Shown in pieces: positions 58,112-64,000 of a DNA stretch of 64,000 nt (positions are counted from its first letter, which is position 1; each line of letters starts with the position of its first letter). The notes beneath the pieces are model-generated. The model saw only the letters and a list, made by a program, of their open reading frames with translations. It was not told the DNA's origin and searched no databases. The translations under genes and the position numbers were made by a program. Source of the stretch: an uncultured Alphaproteobacteria bacterium (lineage in GTDB: Bacteria; Pseudomonadota; Alphaproteobacteria; HIMB59; GCA-002718135); the NCBI GenBank assembly GCA_902621165.1, contig CACNKX010000001.1, positions 213,071 through 277,070 of the forward strand, read 5' to 3'.

Positions 58112-58872
58112 TAACCAAATCTCCCTGTAATGTAATCCTGTGTTTTTGTATTATCAGGATTTGTAAAAATTTTGTTTGTCTCACCCGTTTCTATTAATTC
58201 TCCTAAATGGAAGAAACATGTTTTCTGCGAAACCCTGGCTGCCTGTTGCATAGAATGAGTTACTATAATAATTGTATAGTTTAATCTTAACTCATCAATT
58301 AATTCTTCTATAATAGCAGTTGCTATTGGATCTAAAGCAGAGCAAGGTTCATCCATTAGGATTATTTCAGGATTAACAGCAATTGCTCTTGCAATACATA
58401 ATCGTTGTTGTTGACCGCCTGATAAACTTGTTCCAGGTTCATTTAATCGATCTTTTACTTCATCAAATAGACCTGCCTTTTTTAATGATGAATGTACAAT
58501 TTCTTCTAATTCATTTTTTGAGTCAACTAAACCATGTATAGTTGGGCCATAAGCAACATTATCAAAAATAGATTTAGGAAAAGGATTTGGTTTTTGAAAT
58601 ACCATTCCAATTTTAGATCTTAGACTTACAACATCGGTTTTTTCACTAATAATTTCTTGGTTATCTACTTTTATTGATCCCGATACTTTACATATTTCAA
58701 TTAAATCATTCATTCTGTTTATACATCTTAAGAAAGTTGATTTACCACATCCTGAAGGACCGATTAATGCCGTAACTTCTTTCTCCTTGATATCCATTGA
58801 GATTCCAAAAAGAGCTTGTTTGGATCCATAATATACATCTACACCATTTGCCAATATTTTAGAGTTACTCAT
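58111..58872 (-). CDS. pstB: Phosphate ABC transporter ATP-binding protein
   Basis: 253 aa with [22 protein letters not shown] and [11 protein letters not shown]. Confidence 0.97.
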   Translation of the reverse strand: MSNSKILANGVDVYYGSKQALFGISMDIKEKEVTALIGPSGCGKSTFLRCINRMNDLIEICKVSGSIKVDNQEIISEKTDVVSLRSKIGMVFQKPNPFPKSIFDNVAYGPTIHGLVDSKNELEEIVHSSLKKAGLFDEVKDRLNEPGTSLSGGQQQRLCIARAIAVNPEIILMDEPCSALDPIATAIIEELIDELRLNYTIIIVTHSMQQAARVSQKTCFFHLGELIETGETNKIFTNPDNTKTQDYITGRFG

Positions 58873-58875
58873 GTT

Positions 58876-60156
58876 TTACCACTTCCTTTCAAATCTATTT
58901 CTTAAGAACACTGCAATGGCATTCATCATAAACAAAAATATTAAAATTATCATTATTGCTGCGGCTGATTTTTCTTGAAAACCTCTTTCTGCACTTTCCA
59001 CCCAAAGATATATTTGAACAGGTAGTGCTGCTGAAGGTTCTGTTAAACCAGTTGGAATATTAGGAATAAATGCAATCATGCCAATCATTATTAGTGGTGC
59101 TGTTTCTCCTAATGCTTGTGCTAATCCAATAATAGTCCCTGTTAAAGTCCCTGGTAGTGCAAGGGGTACGACATGATGAAATACCGCTTGTGTTTTTGTT
59201 GCTCCAACTGCAAGTGCTCCTTCTTTAATTGAAGGAGGAACAGCTTTCAATGAAGCTCGACAGGCAATGATAATGGTTGGTAACGTCATTAAGGCTAATA
59301 CGGACCCTCCAACTAACGGTGTACTCCTTGGAAGACCAAAAACATTAAGCAATACCCCCAACCCAAGTAGTCCAAAAACTATTGATGGGACTGCTGCTAG
59401 ATTTGAAATATTTACTTCTATTAATTCAGTTATTCTATTTTTTGGAGCAAATTCCTCAAGATAAACAGACGCTCCTATAGCAATTGGAAAAGATAAAATA
59501 AAAACAGTAAAAAGAGTAAATAATGATCCCATAAATGAACCAGCTACACCAGCAATTTCAGGATGCCTTGAATCTGCTTTAGTAAAAAAGAAATTATTAA
59601 AAACTTGTTTAACTCTATTTTCTTCAACTAATTGATCAACATAACTTAATTGAATATCATTTAATTTTCTTCTATCTTCTGGCACATCCCTTCTTGAATT
59701 ACCTTTTAATAGTTGATCCACATCACTATGGGCGGTTACCCAAATTTGTTGCTTAGTGTTAATAACTTCAGGATTTTCTAAGAAGTAGTCTTTAATTTCC
59801 TTATCTACATTTATAGAAAATAATTTTTTTACTAATTTAATATCTGATTTTGAGAGATCAGGGAAAAAATTTTCAATAGCCTGTTTTTTAACTCTAAAAA
59901 ATTTTCCTTTTTCCATATCTTCATCTGAAGAGTCAGGTGTTAGTTTTAAAACCTCTTGATTATAATCAACTTCTAGGAGAACAATTGTTTTTTGGAAAGC
60001 AGTGTATCCTTTAGAAAATATTGTATACAAAAGAAAAACTAAAACTGCTAAAGATAAACACATAGCTGTAAAGCCATAATACTTAAATCGCATATCTTCT
60101 AAACTTCTCTTTTTTCTCAAAGAAACAATTTTTTCTTTAGCAACAGAATTATTCAT
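58876..60156 (-). CDS. pstA: Phosphate ABC transporter permease PstA (long form)
   Basis: 426 aa with an extended N-terminal/periplasmic region and then the PstA permease core (EGALAVGATKTQ). Confidence 0.92.
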   Translation of the reverse strand: MNNSVAKEKIVSLRKKRSLEDMRFKYYGFTAMCLSLAVLVFLLYTIFSKGYTAFQKTIVLLEVDYNQEVLKLTPDSSDEDMEKGKFFRVKKQAIENFFPDLSKSDIKLVKKLFSINVDKEIKDYFLENPEVINTKQQIWVTAHSDVDQLLKGNSRRDVPEDRRKLNDIQLSYVDQLVEENRVKQVFNNFFFTKADSRHPEIAGVAGSFMGSLFTLFTVFILSFPIAIGASVYLEEFAPKNRITELIEVNISNLAAVPSIVFGLLGLGVLLNVFGLPRSTPLVGGSVLALMTLPTIIIACRASLKAVPPSIKEGALAVGATKTQAVFHHVVPLALPGTLTGTIIGLAQALGETAPLIMIGMIAFIPNIPTGLTEPSAALPVQIYLWVESAERGFQEKSAAAIMIILIFLFMMNAIAVFLRNRFERKW

Positions 60157-61522
60157 AACGCTCCCTGTATCTCTTTACTATTTGTAGAGCTATAATGTTA
60201 AGAAATAATGTAATAACAAATAAAACTAATCCTAAAGCAAATGCTGATAATGTTCTTGGGTTATCAAATTCTTGATCACCTATTAAGGCCACAACAATTT
60301 GCACTGTAACTGTTGTTACATTTTCAAAAGGATTGCCCGTAAGATTGGGAGCCGTACCTGCTGCAACTACAACAATCATGGTCTCCCCTATCGCTCTGGA
60401 TATTGCTAATAAAAATGCTCCTACAATTCCAGGTAAAGCTGCTGGTAAAATTACTTTTTTAATTGTTTCTGCTTTATTAGCGCCAATACCAAGCGATGCT
60501 TCCCTTAGACTTTGCGGGACAGAGTTTATTACATCATCAGATAGGGAAGAAATAAAAGGAATAATCATAACTCCCATTACCATACCAGCTGCAAGGGCGC
60601 TTGTTGGTGAAGCATCAATTCCAATTGATTGTCCAAATGCTTTAACGAAAGGAGCAACACTAACAAAAGCAAAGAACCCATAAACTATTGTTGGTATCCC
60701 TGCTAAAATTTCAAGAAGAGGTTTAACAGTTTTTCTAACTCTTTGACTTGCGTATTCTGCTAAATAAATTGCAGTTAATAATCCAAGAGGTACTGCAACA
60801 CACATAGCTACTACCATAACTAAAAATGTTCCAGCAAATATTGGTACTGCACCAAAGGATCCCTCTGCAGCTGTTTGACCTTCTCTAATTGGAATAAAAG
60901 GGTACCACTCGGTACTGAATAAAAATTCAAATATTGATACTTCTGCAAAAAAGCGAAGGCTTTCAAATATTAGTGAAAAAACTATTCCTATTGTAGTAAA
61001 AATAGCAACAGATGAACAAAATATAAGTATATATTGTATATATCTTTCAATTGTATGTTGAGCATGAAATTCAGGTTTTAATTTTTGTGAAGCGTATAAG
61101 GCTCCAAGTAACATTATAATGATTATTGAGGTATAAAAAGATATTTGACTTATTTGTCTTAAGGAAGAATAATGAGATGCAGCATTAATTATTTCTATAG
61201 ATTTACCATCAGCAAAAGAAGGGTTATTAGCAACATTTCTAATCTCTGCTAACAATAATCCTTCATTGTAGACCGCACCCTCAATAAATTCAAAGTTACT
61301 AATAACTATGTTTTGAATAATCTGCTCTTGAAAAATAGCCCATGAAAAATAAACAATTAGTGCAGGAAACAAACACCACATTAAAACGTATTGTGCGTAA
61401 TAAGTGGGAAGAGATTTGCTTTTCGTACCTTGTTTTTTAGAGTTTAATTTAATTCTTGATCTACCGTATATAAAGGACGAAAAAATTCCGACTGCAATTA
61501 AAACTAAAGACCAAAAAAACAT
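60149..61522 (-). CDS. pstC: Phosphate ABC transporter permease PstC (long form)
   Basis: 457 aa with the permease core containing EASLGIGANKAETI. Confidence 0.92.
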   Translation of the reverse strand: MFFWSLVLIAVGIFSSFIYGRSRIKLNSKKQGTKSKSLPTYYAQYVLMWCLFPALIVYFSWAIFQEQIIQNIVISNFEFIEGAVYNEGLLLAEIRNVANNPSFADGKSIEIINAASHYSSLRQISQISFYTSIIIIMLLGALYASQKLKPEFHAQHTIERYIQYILIFCSSVAIFTTIGIVFSLIFESLRFFAEVSIFEFLFSTEWYPFIPIREGQTAAEGSFGAVPIFAGTFLVMVVAMCVAVPLGLLTAIYLAEYASQRVRKTVKPLLEILAGIPTIVYGFFAFVSVAPFVKAFGQSIGIDASPTSALAAGMVMGVMIIPFISSLSDDVINSVPQSLREASLGIGANKAETIKKVILPAALPGIVGAFLLAISRAIGETMIVVVAAGTAPNLTGNPFENVTTVTVQIVVALIGDQEFDNPRTLSAFALGLVLFVITLFLNIIALQIVKRYRERYE

Positions 61523-61537
61523 TTATAACTTAGTATT

Positions 61538-61563
61538 AAAAAAAAGGGGGCTTGTATGCCCCC
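61538..61563 (-). terminator. Rho-independent terminator/attenuator between pstS and pstC
   Basis: Minus-strand RNA reads GGGGGC-AUACAA-GCCCCC followed by eight U. It starts 22 nt after the pstS stop. This is an all-GC stem in an AT-rich genome. Confidence 0.8.
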
Positions 61564-61585
61564 ATTTTATAAAAATTAAAGATTT

Positions 61586-62593
61586 TTATTTATAATTTGT
61601 TTGATTAGAAATAGCATCAAGAACTGCTGCTCTATCCGCAGGACTTAGTTGAACAAGTCCGGCATCTAGTAAGTAACCTTCTGTTGCTTCTTCACTTACA
61701 AACTCATTAACATAATCCATTAAACCAGGAATAACGCCAATGTGTGCTTTTTTAATGTAGAAGAATAAAGGTCTTGCTATTGGATATGAATAATCTTGGA
61801 TACCTTCCATTGAGATTTCAACACCATTAATCATTGATGCTTTTACTTTATCAGAGTTATTAGATACAAAACTGTAACCAAAAATACCAAATGCGCCTTG
61901 TTCTTTGGTTATATGCTCAACATAAAGTTCATCATTTTCACCACCTTCGATAACGTGGCCATCTTCACGATATGCTTGACAATCACCATCAGCAACTAAC
62001 ATATCTTTAACACAACCCTTTTTCATTACAAGTGAGTCAAATGCATCTCTTGTTCCAGAAGTTGGAGGAGGTGCCATAATAGAAATTTCAACTTTTGGTA
62101 ATCTTTTATCTATTTCATACCAAGTTGTTGGAGCGTTTGCATTATCTCTAGCCATTGCCTGCCAGATTTCTTCTTTACTTAAATCAATGCCACCTTTCAT
62201 TGTAGCACCGTTAGTATATTTCCATTCATAATCTGCAGCGTATGCAAAAGCTATACCATCATTACCAACTCTAACTTCAATGATATCGGTTACACCACCA
62301 TCTTGACAAAGTTTGAATTCTTTATCTTTTTGTGCTCTTGAAGAGTTAGTGATATCTGGATGTTCAACTCCAACACCTGCACAAAATAATTTGTGTCCTC
62401 CACCAGAACCAGTTGATTCAATTACGGGTGCTTTCATTCCTTCTGATGCCATTTTTTCAGCAACTAAAGTAGCGAAAGGATAAACTGTAGAAGATCCTAC
62501 AATTGAAATATAGTCTCTTGCTGAAACTGAAGTAGTTCCAAATAAAGCAAGGACAGCAATTAATTTGATTACATTTTTCATATTAAGCCTCAT
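61586..62593 (-). CDS. pstS: Periplasmic phosphate-binding protein
   Basis: 335 aa with a signal peptide (MKNVIKLIAVLALFGTTSVSA) and the PBP-like motifs GSSTVYPF and SGTRD. It is the first gene of the pst operon. Confidence 0.92.
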   Translation of the reverse strand: MRLNMKNVIKLIAVLALFGTTSVSARDYISIVGSSTVYPFATLVAEKMASEGMKAPVIESTGSGGGHKLFCAGVGVEHPDITNSSRAQKDKEFKLCQDGGVTDIIEVRVGNDGIAFAYAADYEWKYTNGATMKGGIDLSKEEIWQAMARDNANAPTTWYEIDKRLPKVEISIMAPPPTSGTRDAFDSLVMKKGCVKDMLVADGDCQAYREDGHVIEGGENDELYVEHITKEQGAFGIFGYSFVSNNSDKVKASMINGVEISMEGIQDYSYPIARPLFFYIKKAHIGVIPGLMDYVNEFVSEEATEGYLLDAGLVQLSPADRAAVLDAISNQTNYK

Positions 62594-62622
62594 TTAAAAT
62601 AAGGTTGTCCTACAGAATATAT

Positions 62623-62640
62623 ATTAAGGATTTATTACAG
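62623..62640 (-). promoter_or_regulatory. Candidate Pho box upstream of pstS (CTGTAAT-AAAT-CCTTAAT)
   Basis: The first repeat matches the CTGTCAT consensus at 6/7, and the second repeat comes one helical turn later. The site overlaps the phoR stop codon and lies 29 nt upstream of the pstS ATG. Confidence 0.3.
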
Positions 62641-63676
62641 TTTGCTGAAATACTGGTAAAGAAATAGTAAATGTTGAACCCTTATCCACCTTGCTTTTTA
62701 TCGATAATTTACCATTATGCCTATTAGTTATATGTTTAACAATAGATAAACCCAAACCCGTACCGCCTTGATTTCGAGATCTATTTTTATCTACTCTATA
62801 AAATCTTTCAGTAAGTCTAGTTAAATGCTCTTTCGATATGCCTTCTCCCTTATCTATAAAACTTATTTGGCAAAAGGTGGTATTGTCATCAATTACACTC
62901 TCAAGCTCAATTTCAATAGTAGAATTTTCTTTGCTATATTTGATTGCATTATCAGTTAGATTTAAAAAAACTTGGATCAAAGCATCTTTGTTTGCTGATA
63001 TTGTAGACTTATCAAAATCATCCTTGATTTGAACTTCAATTTTTTTTGCCATTAACTTGTTTTGTAAATTATCTACTACGCCATCAATTAATTGCCTTAT
63101 ATTCGCTTCTTGAAATTCTATCGGCTTATCTTCAGTCTCATATTTACTTAGTAATAATAAATCTTCGACTAATCTAGTCATACGCCAAGCCTGATCTTCC
63201 ATTGTGTCTAAAAATTTACCAACCGTTTTGTCTTTGTTCTTATCTTCATTGAGTGAATTTTTAATTGTTTCAACATAGCCTAGAATTGAGGAAAGAGGAG
63301 TTCTCAATTCATGACTTACATTAGCCACAAAATCTGTTCGCATTTGTTCGTAGTTTTTAAGAAGACTTTGATCGTTTAGTGATATTAATAATTCTTCATA
63401 ATCTTTTTCAACAAATATTAAGTCAGCAATAAAATACATATCACTAAAATTAGATGGGGTGAATTCAAACCTAAAATCTTCTTTCTCCCTAAAGGCTTTA
63501 TCAATAAAAGTATTTAACTCTGTTGATCTAATAATATTATTGAGATCTCTTCCTTCATCTATAAATAAAAATTTTTGTTTAGCTGCATTATTGTAAAAAA
63601 TTATTTCCTTATTTGTATCAATTGCAATAATAATCGAAGGTATCTTACTTAGACTTAGTCTTAGTTTTTTTTTCAT
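62624..63676 (-). CDS. phoR: Phosphate regulon sensor kinase PhoR, short form without transmembrane segments
   Basis: 350 aa with a PAS-like N-terminus, the H-box FVANVSHELRTPL, and HATPase (GGTGLGLSIV). There is no hydrophobic N-terminal helix in the longest possible ORF. Confidence 0.88.
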   Translation of the reverse strand: MKKKLRLSLSKIPSIIIAIDTNKEIIFYNNAAKQKFLFIDEGRDLNNIIRSTELNTFIDKAFREKEDFRFEFTPSNFSDMYFIADLIFVEKDYEELLISLNDQSLLKNYEQMRTDFVANVSHELRTPLSSILGYVETIKNSLNEDKNKDKTVGKFLDTMEDQAWRMTRLVEDLLLLSKYETEDKPIEFQEANIRQLIDGVVDNLQNKLMAKKIEVQIKDDFDKSTISANKDALIQVFLNLTDNAIKYSKENSTIEIELESVIDDNTTFCQISFIDKGEGISKEHLTRLTERFYRVDKNRSRNQGGTGLGLSIVKHITNRHNGKLSIKSKVDKGSTFTISLPVFQQTVINP

Positions 63677-64000
63677 ATTTTTTTAATTTTGGCCAATCAT
63701 TGTCACTTAAAATATAACCTACACAATTTCTAGAACCACACTTACAAATGTGATCCACAAAATCTGTATCAAAAGGATAACCATAGTTATAGAAAAGTTC
63801 GTCTCCTTTTTTTATTCGTTTAATAGAAGAAATCCAAATCTCATTATCTATGATGTCTACTTCACAATTCGGATTACATGAGTGATTAATAAATTTTGCA
63901 AAGTTATAATCAACATCACCGTCTATGTCGTATCGCTTGTTTAGTTCAAAAACATAGACCATGCCGTTATTTTTATCTTTTTTTGCTTTGCGGATTTGTT
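63645..64000 (-). CDS. SET-domain protein (putative lysine methyltransferase); the N-terminus lies beyond the window end
   Basis: The frame is open to base 64000. It has the SET core FINHSCNPNC, GDELFYNYG, and the post-SET Cys cluster CKCGSRNC. Confidence 0.8.
   Translation of the reverse strand, partial: QIRKAKKDKNNGMVYVFELNKRYDIDGDVDYNFAKFINHSCNPNCEVDIIDNEIWISSIKRIKKGDELFYNYGYPFDTDFVDHICKCGSRNCVGYILSDNDWPKLKKYEKKTKTKSK

Overview
This is a strongly AT-rich, very gene-dense alphaproteobacterial chromosome segment. Spacers are mostly 0-30 bp and many genes overlap. Composition, compaction and gene order suggest a SAR11/Pelagibacterales-type streamlined genome; that assignment is inference. 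I call 64 protein genes, all core housekeeping. They are: rpsA-ihfB-pyrF-trpFBA-accD-folC; trxA; murU/amgK-like genes and tsaE; metK-ahcY; chvG/chvI; nrdA-nrdB-grx; polA; an ABC ATPase; regB/regA; gyrB-recF-dnaN-dnaA-rpsT; mutM; ubiE-coaBC-thiF-like; fabA-fabB-fabI; ugpQ; pnp-rpsO-truB-rbfA-infB-nusA; trmB-lnt-corC-ybeY-phoH-miaB-rimI-tsaB; cell-wall enzymes; an Nfu-type Fe-S protein; trpS; murJ; a complete phoR-pstSCAB-phoU-phoB phosphate locus; and a partial SET-domain gene. I see no rRNA, tRNA, CRISPR, transposase, integrase, prophage or recognisable defence genes, and no convincing novel multi-gene system. The items most worth follow-up are local. (1) The glutaredoxin in the RNR operon ends in a near-copy of the NrdB C-terminal docking peptide. 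(2) An unlisted 42-codon, highly basic ORF 10 nt downstream of polA carries an ArfA-like ribosome-rescue motif. (3) The eukaryote-like NrdB has Glu instead of the canonical Asp at the first metal ligand but keeps the radical Tyr. (4) NrdA has tandem ATP-cones. (5) A strong intrinsic terminator sits 6 nt upstream of the nusA start codon. (6) The only long spacer in the window (280 bp upstream of nrdA) holds an 11-bp tandem repeat over a promoter-like element and an NrdR-box-like palindrome. (7) Two mutually similar Pho-box candidates lie upstream of pstS and phoB. All functional calls rest on reading the translated ORFs and recalling family motifs; no searches were run.
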